Below, one piece after another: positions 49,249-58,856 of a stretch of DNA of 64,000 nucleotides; positions within the stretch are counted from its first letter, which is position 1; each line of letters opens with the position of its first letter. The notes under the pieces were generated by a model. That model was given only the letters and a program-made list of their open reading frames with translations, had not been told where the DNA came from and ran no database searches. The DNA is from Candidatus Fermentibacteraceae bacterium. Its GTDB lineage: Bacteria; Fermentibacterota; Fermentibacteria; Fermentibacterales; JCC-6. The DNA lies in the NCBI GenBank assembly GCA_041750285.1, contig JBGSZS010000009.1, positions 32,001-96,000 on the forward strand, written 5' to 3'. Position numbers and translations under genes: made by a program.

Positions 49249-50637
49249 TTGTACTCAGGTTTCAGATACAACTTTTACAGCTCTCTCCCGGTGTGGCTGC
49301 AGAATCTTGCAGTTTCATCCATATCGACCCGCAGATTCCTCCACGAGACAGCAGCTCCGTTTCAGAACCTGGTTGCACGTCTCATGGATATGCAGTTCTG
49401 GCCCGCCTCGGAAATGAAGCTCTTCCAGGAGCACCGCCTTGCCGAAGTGCTTCTCGCTGCGTCAAGAACCGCATTCTACAAGGCTCTGATCCCGGAAGAG
49501 GCGTTGGTCAGGAAGGACCCCGTTGGCGTTCTCAAGTCCCTGCCCGTTCTCGACAAGAAGACCGTCGCCGGAAATGCCGAGGCGTTCATCAGCAGGAAGA
49601 CGGCCGGCTCACGGCTTGTCAGGTACGGCACGAGCGGAACGACGGGTTTTCCCCTTCACGTCTACTGGAACCGCTCGTCGATGGATTGGGAAAGGGCACT
49701 CATCTGGAGGCACAGGGCATGCGCGGGATTACGCATGGGGCATGACTGGGCCGGATTGCTGGGTGGACACCGGATAGTCCCCGTAAGGCAGAACATGCCT
49801 CCGTTCTGGAGGGACTGCCATCCCGCGAAGCTTTCCTATCTGTCAACTTACCATATTTCGCCAAGCAATGTGCAGCACTACGGCAAATACATCCGCGACC
49901 GCCGCATAGCCTTCCTTTCCGGATACCCCTCAGCTCTTTACGCACTCGCCTTCACGATGCAGAGAGCGGGGATTCATTGCCCCCTGAGGGGAATCTTCTT
50001 CGGTGCCGAGCCACTTCACGGGTTTCAGCGAAAGACATTGGAAGACGCTTTCCAGTGCAGTCTTTTCGACTTCTACGGCCTGACCGAGAGGGTCGTCTCT
50101 GCAAGTGAATTCGAGTGTCACAACGGGCTTCACGTCAACTGGGAGAACTCGTACTACGAAATACTCGATCCCAGTGGCGGGGACGTCCCTCCGGGGAACC
50201 AGGGCGAACTGGTCGGGACTTCGCTCAGCAACACATCCTTTACGCTGCTCCGTTACAGGACCGGGGACCTGACAACTTTGCTCGAGGGCGACTGCTCCTG
50301 CGGAAGGGCTTCACCCAGGATATCACCAATCGAGACAAAGGTCGAAGACCTGCTGGTGATGCCGGGCGGAAAGCTGCTGTCCGCATCAAACCTGACCATC
50401 CCGTTCAAAAGCGTTTCCTGCATCCGGCAGGCACAGATCTATCAACGCGTTCCCCATGAACTGACGGTGCGCATCGTACCGGACGGGAACTACACCGGCG
50501 CGATCTCCGAGAGACTCGCAAGGGATATCCAGGATGCGCTTCCTGAAGGTGTCACGGTAAACGTGATCCTTGTTGATTCGATTCCGCTGAACAAATCGGG
50601 CAAGTATTCGTTCGCGGTCTCAGAGATAAGAAGTTAA
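49249..50637 (+). CDS. Phenylacetate-CoA ligase / CapK-like adenylate-forming enzyme
   Basis: TSGTTG.P, GYPS, GAE, YGLTE, LLRYRTGD, CSCGR, SGK; TTG start after CAGGAG. Confidence 0.88.
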   Translation: MYSGFRYNFYSSLPVWLQNLAVSSISTRRFLHETAAPFQNLVARLMDMQFWPASEMKLFQEHRLAEVLLAASRTAFYKALIPEEALVRKDPVGVLKSLPVLDKKTVAGNAEAFISRKTAGSRLVRYGTSGTTGFPLHVYWNRSSMDWERALIWRHRACAGLRMGHDWAGLLGGHRIVPVRQNMPPFWRDCHPAKLSYLSTYHISPSNVQHYGKYIRDRRIAFLSGYPSALYALAFTMQRAGIHCPLRGIFFGAEPLHGFQRKTLEDAFQCSLFDFYGLTERVVSASEFECHNGLHVNWENSYYEILDPSGGDVPPGNQGELVGTSLSNTSFTLLRYRTGDLTTLLEGDCSCGRASPRISPIETKVEDLLVMPGGKLLSASNLTIPFKSVSCIRQAQIYQRVPHELTVRIVPDGNYTGAISERLARDIQDALPEGVTVNVILVDSIPLNKSGKYSFAVSEIRS

Positions 50638-50670
50638 AAGGCATTACCTCGATATAATCGTATTGCTTGA

Positions 50671-51687
50671 TCACTTACTCTTAATATATGTGTTTGTTAT
50701 GATTTGAAGAATTGTCTCAATAGCTATCATATGATCCGTTTTCTCCGCTGAGCTGCGGGTGTATCCCTGAACTTGAGCGACATCCTTCAACATCCTCAGG
50801 CTTCCCCTCGATATCAGCTCCATGTCGACTTTTCCGGGGCGTCCCATGAAAAAACTGTAGGATGGCACACCCATCACTGCAGCCTCCCGGGTCATGGTTC
50901 CCCCACCCCCGATGACGATGTCCATGGCCAGGATCAACAGCGGGCCCGGGTAAACCTTTGCGGGAACGATCACCTGGGCCCTGTGATCACCCTTCGCCAG
51001 TTCCAGTTGTTCGCCTGCTCTGGGAATCCACACGATCTGTACGTCCGGATCTTCCAGCAGCTTCCCTGTCAGGGCATTCAGAATTCTCTCCGACTCCGGG
51101 TTGTGATAATGGGCGGTGATGGCGGGGGGACGAAGGAGAACTTTCGTTTTGTCAGGCTTCAGACCAAGCTCCCCGGCGATGGCGGGATCAGGTTCGATTC
51201 CGCTGAGGTAGAGGTTTTCCTTGAATCCCGGGAAAAAGACGACCTTGCCGGTATCGATTCCCGCCTCGATGCATCTTTCGATGGTTATCGCTTCCGGAAG
51301 CAGGATCTTCGTGCAGAACAAGTTGAAGATGGTCGGGTTGACCCATTCGTAGTCATACATCGTTATCGAAGGGATCCCAAGCATCCTTGACGCAATGGGA
51401 AGAGACCTTGAACCGTGGCCGAATGAGACATCGGCTTTCCAGTGTCTCATGGCTTTTCTCAACTGGAAAGCCCTGTTCATGGTTCCTGTTGCTTTTCCCA
51501 GCTTCGACCTTCCATAGGAGCCGCCCACCTTCAGGTAGTCGAACCCATAAAGATCGAGAAGCTCGCATGTGTTGGCCCTGTCTCTTGCCGTAAACGCGAC
51601 TTCATGGCCCCGTTTCCTAAGCTCATCCGCAAGAGGCTTCATAACAAGAACATGGGGTGCATTGTCGGCATCAAACCATATCTTCAT
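50671..51687 (-). CDS. DUF354 protein (GT-B-like)
   Basis: MKIWFD..NAPHV, YDYE, PGFKE, GGGTMTREAAVMGVP. Confidence 0.85.
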   Translation of the reverse strand: MKIWFDADNAPHVLVMKPLADELRKRGHEVAFTARDRANTCELLDLYGFDYLKVGGSYGRSKLGKATGTMNRAFQLRKAMRHWKADVSFGHGSRSLPIASRMLGIPSITMYDYEWVNPTIFNLFCTKILLPEAITIERCIEAGIDTGKVVFFPGFKENLYLSGIEPDPAIAGELGLKPDKTKVLLRPPAITAHYHNPESERILNALTGKLLEDPDVQIVWIPRAGEQLELAKGDHRAQVIVPAKVYPGPLLILAMDIVIGGGGTMTREAAVMGVPSYSFFMGRPGKVDMELISRGSLRMLKDVAQVQGYTRSSAEKTDHMIAIETILQIITNTYIKSK

Positions 51688-52897
51688 CGTCGTCCTGCCT
51701 GTTGTATTCCTGAAGCGCCCTGAACATCCAGCCCTGGCTCCACCTGAGGTGAATCAGCCCATCTCTGGAATGCCTGCCGAGTTTCCTGAAAAAGCCTTTT
51801 CTCTTCTCGTCCCAGATCTGTGTTATGGCCCTCGAAAGGATTCTTTCCGCGAGAACAGGTTCGTTCATTCTGGTCATCGTTATCGCGCCCTGCGCATAAC
51901 AGTGGGGATCGAGGGGGTAAAGGCTGTCATCGAGATACTTCGCATCCCCGTCTTCGGTGAAAAGGCTGTTCATGTAGTAGTTCAATCCCCTGTGGAGCGA
52001 TTCCCGAAAATCATCCGTTCCAACAGTTTCCGAGATGAAGTGCATCGTTTCCAGAACGAAGCCCGTGTGAAGGTTGTCCACCCACTGCCAGTGATCCGCT
52101 TCGCCGTACACCCAGCTTCCGTTTTCCCTCTGTCTGCCCGCAACATACCTGCATGCTTCGAGAGCGAGTTCTTCGAACCGTGCACCAAGCGGTTCCTCAA
52201 CGAACTGCGCAGCCTGAACGAGGGTCTTGGCTGCAAAGAGGGAAGCGTTGAAGACACGTGTGTTATCCCTTGGAGAGTAGCTGAAGCATACTCCGCTGCC
52301 GTCTTCGTGGATGTTCAAGGACTCGTTGACGAACCTGGCCAGCTTCCTTGCAACGACCGGATAGAAGCAGCTCTGCGAATCCCTTAGCGCATCGAGGATG
52401 AAGCTCGAGCACACGGCCGTCGGATACCAGGCCGGTTGCAGAAATGCCCTGCTCTGCCATGGGAAGTTGTAACCCCAGGCGATTGCTCCGGCTTGCTCTG
52501 CTTCTTCCGGGGTGATGTCCGTTCTGATCCTGCGGTCTTCACTGAATGCCGGGGTACCGTCGGGCCTGGAGGCAAGGCTGAGGATCATCTGTTCCAGCCT
52601 GGAGCACAGGTTTGTGTAACGTGCCTTCCCTCCTTCCTTCGAAAGCCCCAGTCCCGAAAGAAAGAGCGCCAGCCCTTTGGGATTGTATCCTTCCGGCACC
52701 CCGAGGATCGGTCTCAGGTTGACGGGCGACCTTTTCACGGCCTGAATGGTGGCAAGCCTCAGGGATCGGGATCTCTTGAGAAGGGGAGCAAGCAGACGGC
52801 TGTTCAGCCCGTCAAAAGGATCAGTGCCCCTGAAGTCCCGCTGAACCGCCCACTGGAGGATTTCGCCCGCAATGCGGCTGAAACCGGTGCTGTGCAT
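51671..52897 (-). CDS. Probable (alpha/alpha)6-barrel protein typical of polysaccharide loci
   Basis: DPFDGLNS, NPKGLALF, WGYNFPWQ, FSYSP, DNLHTGF, YPLD.H..AQ, RWSQGWM. Confidence 0.65.
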   Translation of the reverse strand: MHSTGFSRIAGEILQWAVQRDFRGTDPFDGLNSRLLAPLLKRSRSLRLATIQAVKRSPVNLRPILGVPEGYNPKGLALFLSGLGLSKEGGKARYTNLCSRLEQMILSLASRPDGTPAFSEDRRIRTDITPEEAEQAGAIAWGYNFPWQSRAFLQPAWYPTAVCSSFILDALRDSQSCFYPVVARKLARFVNESLNIHEDGSGVCFSYSPRDNTRVFNASLFAAKTLVQAAQFVEEPLGARFEELALEACRYVAGRQRENGSWVYGEADHWQWVDNLHTGFVLETMHFISETVGTDDFRESLHRGLNYYMNSLFTEDGDAKYLDDSLYPLDPHCYAQGAITMTRMNEPVLAERILSRAITQIWDEKRKGFFRKLGRHSRDGLIHLRWSQGWMFRALQEYNRQDDDEDMV

Positions 52898-52900
52898 TCT

Positions 52901-55063
52901 TCAGAATTGTTCGGGATTGACGGCTGCCGGCCTGCCGGTCCGAATGCTTTCAAGCACGGCGAAGCTCGCCAGAGTCGTGGCTATCTGGGATGAGATCGGG
53001 ATGGCGGGGCTGCCCGTTCTGAGCGCGGTGACGAAGGCTCTCATCTCCTCACTGTGCCCCTTGCCCCGGACGTTCTTCGTCCTTTTCCCCGACTTGTCGA
53101 ACATGGTGACACTGTTGTAGTTGTCGATCACCGCACTTCTGCCGCCGCCAAAAACCTCGAGGCGTTCCTTCGGCATGGACTTTCCGCCCCCTGAGAAATA
53201 GCCGATGGAGCCGGCGGAGCCGTCTTCGAACTTGATGGAGATAACGGTGTTGTCGCTGGCCACGATTGACTCGTCGGCCGTGTCTATGCTCTGGGCGAAC
53301 ACGGTCACCGGGTTGGCCCCGCAGATGAACTGCAGAAGATCTATGAAATGACACGCTTCGCCGATGATCCTGCCTCCGCCCTCACCGGTCTGTGTCCAGT
53401 GATCTTTCGCTACGTGTCCCGCGCTGATCCTGTACATCATCGTCAGGGGCGGATGATCCTCTCCGATGAACGCCCTTACTGCCGCCGCCGCCTTTGAGAA
53501 CCTTCTGTTGAATCCTGTCTGTATGAGCGTGCACGACTCCAGTTGCCTTTGCCTGATCTCCCTGAGTTCATCAATGGTGAGACAAAGCGGTTTTTCCACG
53601 AACACCGGCTTCCCCGCCTTCAGGCACCTGAGGACCGAATCGGCATGGGTGTCGTGCCTTGTTGCAACAACGACCGCGTGGGTCTCATCATCATTCAACA
53701 GGTCCCCGATGCTCCCGACGGCCCTTCGGAAACCCAGTCTAGCGCCGACATCGGAGGCTGTAAGGCCGCTTCGTGTGCAGACCGAGGAGAAGTAAGTCCT
53801 GCTGTCCCTTTTCAGGGGGGGCAGCAGAAAGGTCTGGGCAAAGGAACCGGGGCCGACCATTCCGATGCCGATCCTGTCGCGGCGAACAGGGGTTGTGGAG
53901 TGGGGAAGGGGAACGGACCTCACTTCATCTCTTGGCCTGTCCGGGTATTCGATAAGCATGCCGCAGAAGGGCTCGGTCTTTCCGGAAATGACAGCGTACG
54001 CCTCGGGTGCCCTTTCCAGAGGGAATACATGTGTTGTCGGTTTTCGGGGGTCTATGGTTCCGGCAGCCATTCCATCAAGAACGGCCTCCATGTTCCTGCC
54101 TTCGGTCCATCTCACATAGGGGTAGGGGTAATCCATGCCGGCTTCCTCGTACCAGGGATCGTACCTGCCCGGGCCATATGAACAGGATACTGCGAAGGAG
54201 AGCTCCTTCTTGAAATAGACATCCCTGGGCAGATCCATGCCCACGGCGCCTACGGAGATGATCCTCCCCTTCTTCCGGCTGACTTCGGCGGCAAACTCGA
54301 CCGGTCCGTTGCCCGGGGTGCCGGCACAGATTATGACCATGTCTGCGCCTCTGCCCCTTGTGAAGTCACTTATCAGGGCTTCGACACTGTCCCTGCCGGT
54401 GACTGCCCCGGAATCGATCGCTCCTGTAGAAAGCGCCAGATTCACCTGAGCATCATCAAGGTCTGTTCCAAACACCCTGCAACCGTTCGCTTTCAGGATT
54501 TGAGCCGCCAGCTGGCCGACTATTCCAAGACCTATGACAACCGCGGCTTCTCCCAGTGTCGGTTCTGCGAGTCTGACTCCCTGCAGTGAGATCGATGCGA
54601 TAGTCGCATAGGCTGCGGATCTCGGGTCAACGCCGTCAGGTACCTTCACGACAAGGTTCCTGGGTACGACAACCTCATCCGCATGGTTCGCATATCCGCC
54701 GCCGGCACAGGCGACCAGGTCTCCCGTCCTGACATGATCCACTCCACAGCCGGTTTCGGTGACCATGCCGCAGAGGCTGTAACCCAGGGGCTGTGCTCCC
54801 TCGAGCTTGCTTCTGATCTTCAGCCAGGTCGCCTTCAGTCCGAGTGAGCCGGCCATGCTCACGACCTGCTTGACCTGTGCAGGTTTGGACCTCGCCTTGC
54901 CGAGCAGCGACATCCTGCCGGTAATCACCTTTCCGCCCTCTGTGCCGGTACTGATCGCCGAATAAAGGGTTCTGACCCTCACAAACCCTTCGGTGATGAT
55001 CGGGTCAGGCGCCTCAAACACCTGAACGGAACCATCACTGAGCTTCTGGCCGAGAATTTTCAA
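52901..55063 (-). CDS. Bi-domain oxidoreductase (MDR/Zn-ADH-like + Gfo/Idh/MocA) of nucleotide-sugar pathways
   Basis: SAISTGTE, LGYS, GLG.VG, SYGPGRYD, RWTEGRN, then VFVEKP, GFNRRF, GGRIIGEACHFID; TTG 55063 after GGAGG. Confidence 0.88.
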   Translation of the reverse strand: MKILGQKLSDGSVQVFEAPDPIITEGFVRVRTLYSAISTGTEGGKVITGRMSLLGKARSKPAQVKQVVSMAGSLGLKATWLKIRSKLEGAQPLGYSLCGMVTETGCGVDHVRTGDLVACAGGGYANHADEVVVPRNLVVKVPDGVDPRSAAYATIASISLQGVRLAEPTLGEAAVVIGLGIVGQLAAQILKANGCRVFGTDLDDAQVNLALSTGAIDSGAVTGRDSVEALISDFTRGRGADMVIICAGTPGNGPVEFAAEVSRKKGRIISVGAVGMDLPRDVYFKKELSFAVSCSYGPGRYDPWYEEAGMDYPYPYVRWTEGRNMEAVLDGMAAGTIDPRKPTTHVFPLERAPEAYAVISGKTEPFCGMLIEYPDRPRDEVRSVPLPHSTTPVRRDRIGIGMVGPGSFAQTFLLPPLKRDSRTYFSSVCTRSGLTASDVGARLGFRRAVGSIGDLLNDDETHAVVVATRHDTHADSVLRCLKAGKPVFVEKPLCLTIDELREIRQRQLESCTLIQTGFNRRFSKAAAAVRAFIGEDHPPLTMMYRISAGHVAKDHWTQTGEGGGRIIGEACHFIDLLQFICGANPVTVFAQSIDTADESIVASDNTVISIKFEDGSAGSIGYFSGGGKSMPKERLEVFGGGRSAVIDNYNSVTMFDKSGKRTKNVRGKGHSEEMRAFVTALRTGSPAIPISSQIATTLASFAVLESIRTGRPAAVNPEQF

Positions 55064-55160
55064 ATGAACATCCTCCAGGTTTCCGCATTTCTCCGCATGG
55101 ATAATAACCCTGAACCGCCCCGCCAAAAAGGGCGTCATGTTCCGCAGTCAGGCCTTCCAC

Positions 55161-55188
55161 TTGACTGCCGGCAGCCACACCTTATTTT
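55161..55188 (+). promoter_or_regulatory. Promoter for the Trp leader / trpB2
   Basis: TTGACT-N16-TATTTT, 7 nt before the leader ATG. The -35 overlaps inverted repeat GCAGTCA (55144-55150) / TGACTGC (55162-55168). Confidence 0.55.
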
Positions 55189-55195
55189 TGCGCCC

Positions 55196-55279
55196 ATGAA
55201 TGCCAGCCCTCTCCTCTGCAGTGCTTTCCCGTCCGTCAGCCGCAACCGGCTCTGGTGGGCGGCCCCGCGCCGTCCATAA
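55196..55279 (+). CDS. Putative tryptophan leader peptide (27 aa, WW)
   Basis: MNASPLLCSAFPSVSRNRLWWAAPRRP*; tandem TGG TGG at 55253-55258, 65 nt upstream of trpB2. Confidence 0.65.
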   Translation: MNASPLLCSAFPSVSRNRLWWAAPRRP

Positions 55280-55344
55280 CCAATCCTTTCCCCTTCGGCA
55301 CCCGTATCCATGAACAGTTACTCCAAAAAGGATTGGATTGCGCC

Positions 55345-56601
55345 ATGAAACGCTTTGCTTCGCGGGATTCCGCATATCTGCCTTCCTCGTATCTGAACGT
55401 AAAACCTTCGCTTCCATCCCTTCCGCCTCCACCGATCCTGCCATCCGGCGAGGTTGCCCCACCTTCATGCATGGAGTGCCTGTTTCCCCGTGGGATGATA
55501 GGGCACGAAACCACGCAGGAACGTCTCGTGGAGATACCTTCCGAGGTCAGAACCGCGTATTCCCTCTACAGGCCGACCCCCCTTGTGCGAGCCTTGGGGC
55601 TGGAAAGGGAGCTCGATACCCCGGCACGGATCTACTACAAGTATGAGGGGGCGGGACCTGCGGGAAGCCACAAGAGCAACACGGCACTTGCACAGGCTTT
55701 TCTCGCCCGGGAGGCCGGGATGACAAGGATCTGCACGGAGACCGGGGCCGGGCAATGGGGAAGCGCGCTGTCCCAGGCCTGTCTTCAGTTCGGATCCTCT
55801 CTGGAGGTGTTCATGGTCCGTGCGAGTTATCTGCAGAAACCCCTTCGCCGGGTCTTCATGGAGATGCACGGAGCTTCGGTTCATGCCAGCCCCAGTTCCC
55901 TGACGGCAGTGGGACAGCGCTTTCTGGAAAACGACATGTCGCACCCGGGCAGCCTGGGAATAGCCATCAGCGAAGCCGTGGAACAGGTTCTTTCAGATCC
56001 TTCCTGCTGCTACAGCCTCGGGTCCGTTCTTGATTCGGTGTGTCTTCACCAGTCGGTGATAGGTCAGGAGGCCCTTCTTCAGATGGAAGAGATGGGGGAT
56101 TTCCCCGATGAGGTGGTGGCGTGTGTTGGAGGAGGTTCCAACTTCGCGGGGATCGCCTTTCCGTTCGTCGCCTCAGGCAGGGGCATCTCCTTTGTTGCCG
56201 TGGAACCGGCCTCTTGTCCGACACTTACAAGGGGAGAGCTTCGTTACGACTACGGAGACTCATCGGGACTTACGCCAAGGTACATGATGTACACACTGGG
56301 GTGTGATTTCGTACCGCCGCCCATTCACGCCGGTGGACTCAGGTATCACGGCATGAGCCCCCTCGTGAGCCACCTTGTGTCACGGGGAATGGTGCGGCCG
56401 GTTGCCGTGCCCCAGGATGAGGTATTCTCGGCGGCAAGGTTGTTCCTCAGGTGCGAAGGGATACTGCCCGCACCCGAGTCCGCCCATGCCGTGAGTTACG
56501 TGATCGACTCGGCACTGCGCGCGAAGGGATCATGCACCTCCCCCGTCATCCTGTTCTGTCTCTCCGGACACGGGTTGATGGACATGGCGGCGTTTTCCTG
56601 A
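55345..56601 (+). CDS. trpB2: TrpB2-type tryptophan synthase beta-like PLP enzyme (stand-alone)
   Basis: RPTPL.RA..LE, GSHKSNTA, TETGAGQWGSAL, HPGSLGIAISEAVE, GGGSNF, IHAGGLRYHG, PAPESAHA, LSGHG. Confidence 0.92.
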   Translation: MKRFASRDSAYLPSSYLNVKPSLPSLPPPPILPSGEVAPPSCMECLFPRGMIGHETTQERLVEIPSEVRTAYSLYRPTPLVRALGLERELDTPARIYYKYEGAGPAGSHKSNTALAQAFLAREAGMTRICTETGAGQWGSALSQACLQFGSSLEVFMVRASYLQKPLRRVFMEMHGASVHASPSSLTAVGQRFLENDMSHPGSLGIAISEAVEQVLSDPSCCYSLGSVLDSVCLHQSVIGQEALLQMEEMGDFPDEVVACVGGGSNFAGIAFPFVASGRGISFVAVEPASCPTLTRGELRYDYGDSSGLTPRYMMYTLGCDFVPPPIHAGGLRYHGMSPLVSHLVSRGMVRPVAVPQDEVFSAARLFLRCEGILPAPESAHAVSYVIDSALRAKGSCTSPVILFCLSGHGLMDMAAFS

Positions 56602-56611
56602 AGAGTGCTTC

Positions 56612-56633
56612 GGGGGGCGCTGGCGCGCCCCCC
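56612..56633 (+). terminator. Hairpin after trpB2
   Basis: GGGGGGCGC-TGGC-GCGCCCCCC 9-bp stem, pyrimidine-rich tail. Confidence 0.6.
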
Positions 56634-56655
56634 TCCACCCTCTTATTTTTCGGTA

Positions 56656-57102
56656 ATGAAGCAGCTTCTGTTCGATATCGGGGATTCGATCATCCTCGGG
56701 GTTGCGGTGCAGACCCTGGTGCTCTTCCTCTGGTTCGCAATGGTGGTGGGGTTCTTCTCTTCCCTCGTTGATCTGGTGCAGTACTTCCGCTACGACTCGG
56801 CCTTTCCCGGAGAGGATTACTCACTCGTCCTTGTCGCGGGATGTCTGGGTGCCCTGATGCTTCTTTCTTCCCTGCTCGGGGCTCTGGCGGTGAGAAGGGG
56901 TTCATGCCGGCGGGTCATGGTCTTTCTGGGTGTTTCAACCTTGTGCGCCTTTGCGGTGGCGTTCATTCCCCGCGCTCCCATCGGCACCGGGAGGGACCCC
57001 TCTCTCTTCACGTACATCGGGGGGTTGGGGACGCTTGGCGTGGTGATGCTTGCGATATCCGGTTCAGGAAGGCGCCCTTCGCCCGATTCGGAAACGGAGT
57101 GA
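56656..57102 (+). CDS. Hypothetical integral membrane protein (~4 TM)
   Basis: Four hydrophobic segments; ATG 56656. Confidence 0.6.
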   Translation: MKQLLFDIGDSIILGVAVQTLVLFLWFAMVVGFFSSLVDLVQYFRYDSAFPGEDYSLVLVAGCLGALMLLSSLLGALAVRRGSCRRVMVFLGVSTLCAFAVAFIPRAPIGTGRDPSLFTYIGGLGTLGVVMLAISGSGRRPSPDSETE

Positions 57103-57105
57103 CCC

Positions 57106-57669
57106 ATGGATTCCCTGGACACAAGAAAGCTTGCGCTGGCCGTCCTCATATCGTTCCTGAGCGCGATGCCCCTTGCCGCATGGGTCTTTCTGGGTGCTTC
57201 GGGCCGGCTCGGTGAGTTTGTTGACGCTGAGCAACACAGGGACCTGACAATAGCGCTCTTCATAGTGACGGCGGTGTGGTTCGTGGGCGTAACCCCCTTC
57301 TTGATCTGGCCACGCATCTGGAACGGAACCGATGCCCGTGAGAACCTGCTGAAGAAGGGTATCCCCGCCAGGGGAATCCTTCTTGAAACGGGACTCAGGG
57401 GGAAGGAAGGCATCAGGTACAGAAAGAGAAGGAACACGTACCTTGTCATGGCTGTAAAGGTGACCCTTCCTGACGACACCTACACCATCCAAAGCCATCT
57501 GGCGCTCGTTCCCGAGAACATCCTGCCTTTCGTGAGGGAGGGCATGGAGTTCCCGGTCAGGGTCAGCAGAGCTGACCGCATGATCATCGAGATAGACTGG
57601 GAACCGCTTATGATCCATTATCCGGATTACTCTGCAGCAGTGGCAGGGAGAGGGTCAAAGACCGACTGA
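57106..57669 (+). CDS. Hypothetical membrane protein (2 TM + beta-rich domain)
   Basis: SD GGAG, two TM helices, then LLKKGIPARGIL..ETG beta-rich region. Confidence 0.65.
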   Translation: MDSLDTRKLALAVLISFLSAMPLAAWVFLGASGRLGEFVDAEQHRDLTIALFIVTAVWFVGVTPFLIWPRIWNGTDARENLLKKGIPARGILLETGLRGKEGIRYRKRRNTYLVMAVKVTLPDDTYTIQSHLALVPENILPFVREGMEFPVRVSRADRMIIEIDWEPLMIHYPDYSAAVAGRGSKTD

Positions 57670-57719
57670 CCAGGTCTTTGACAGAGGCCTGGCCCCTCAC
57701 GGATATCACCGCACCGGGT

Positions 57720-58691
57720 TCAGTAAAGTTCAGCCGGCCTGACCGCTCTCAGAGGGCTCTGGCGGGTCAGGACGAGCCACAGGATGGCGTGAAACCAGGA
57801 TATCCTCTTCCATCCCGGCAGATGCATCAGGTTCAGGAGCGTGGGAAGGGCGGAACGGGCCTTGATGGCGGAGAGAACTGCTTCGGCCCTGTCGTTCCTC
57901 ACATCGAGAAGGCTTGTTACCATTTCAGGCACGGGGGCGCCCAGTGTTGCCGCCGTTTTCAGTATCCCGCCGACAGGGCGGGAGAGACGTGTCCTCAGAG
58001 CGCTCTCCGTGAACTCCTTCCATGTCCCCCGTTCTTCGACCATTTTCGCAAGCAGGCAGGTATCGGACCACCAGACGGGCCTTATGGCGGTGTTGGTGAT
58101 CATGTGGAGGGTCACGATGAGCAGGGCATTGTGCCATGCCAGACCCATGAGACCCCTTTCCAGCGGCCTGCAGTTCATAGTGAGGTCAGGGGGGAGCCTG
58201 CCCGGAAAAGTGGCCGGAAAGTAGAAGATGTGGGTGTGAAGTTCCGCCATGACTCCGTTCTTCACCGCCTTGACTTCCGAGACGATCCCAGACGACATGA
58301 TCCCGTCTCCTGAGTTCGATACCCGCCACCCCTGACTGATGAAGGCATCGATCGCTCTTCTCAGGTGTTCGGGCTTCACCAGGAGGTCGGCGTCGCTCAT
58401 GGGTCTGCCACCGGGGAACGGGTAGACGCTTCTTGCAAGGTCAAAACCCTTGATTGCCCATACATCGTGCTCGAGGCCCGCCAGGACAGGCTTCAGTGTC
58501 TGTTGAAGGTGCAGCCATCGTGCCGAAGCCTCAATACTGGCCTCCCTGTCGCCCCGTTCACGGGAGAGCAGACTTCTCAGGTCGTGGTTTGGCGGTGGAT
58601 CGGGACCATCGTACCCGCCGGGTTCGGCTCCGGTCAGGAGCCATCGGCAGGCCGCTCTGGTTACGGGGTCGGGAACTCCTGTCATTGGCAT
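57720..58691 (-). CDS. Nucleotidyltransferase family protein (NTP_transf_5-like)
   Basis: IKG..LA..VYP..GGRPMSDADLLV, ELH, WWSD; ATG 58691 after AAGGA. Confidence 0.8.
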   Translation of the reverse strand: MPMTGVPDPVTRAACRWLLTGAEPGGYDGPDPPPNHDLRSLLSRERGDREASIEASARWLHLQQTLKPVLAGLEHDVWAIKGFDLARSVYPFPGGRPMSDADLLVKPEHLRRAIDAFISQGWRVSNSGDGIMSSGIVSEVKAVKNGVMAELHTHIFYFPATFPGRLPPDLTMNCRPLERGLMGLAWHNALLIVTLHMITNTAIRPVWWSDTCLLAKMVEERGTWKEFTESALRTRLSRPVGGILKTAATLGAPVPEMVTSLLDVRNDRAEAVLSAIKARSALPTLLNLMHLPGWKRISWFHAILWLVLTRQSPLRAVRPAELY

Positions 58692-58800
58692 CGCTTCCTT
58701 GGGTTGCCTTAACATGCTTCGGCGCGTTGTCCGGAACAATGTGCAGTTCATCGGGACGACAGCCATGGCGGGAAGCGAGGCGTGCCGGAAAGCCCGGAGA

Positions 58801-58828
58801 TTGACGGGGACGGGCCCTGACGTATTGT
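58801..58828 (+). promoter_or_regulatory. Promoter for nitroreductase-flavodoxin
   Basis: TTGACG-N16-TATTGT, 28 nt before ATG 58857. Confidence 0.55.
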
Positions 58829-58856
58829 CCTCCAGGACGGACGGGAGGGAAGAGAG

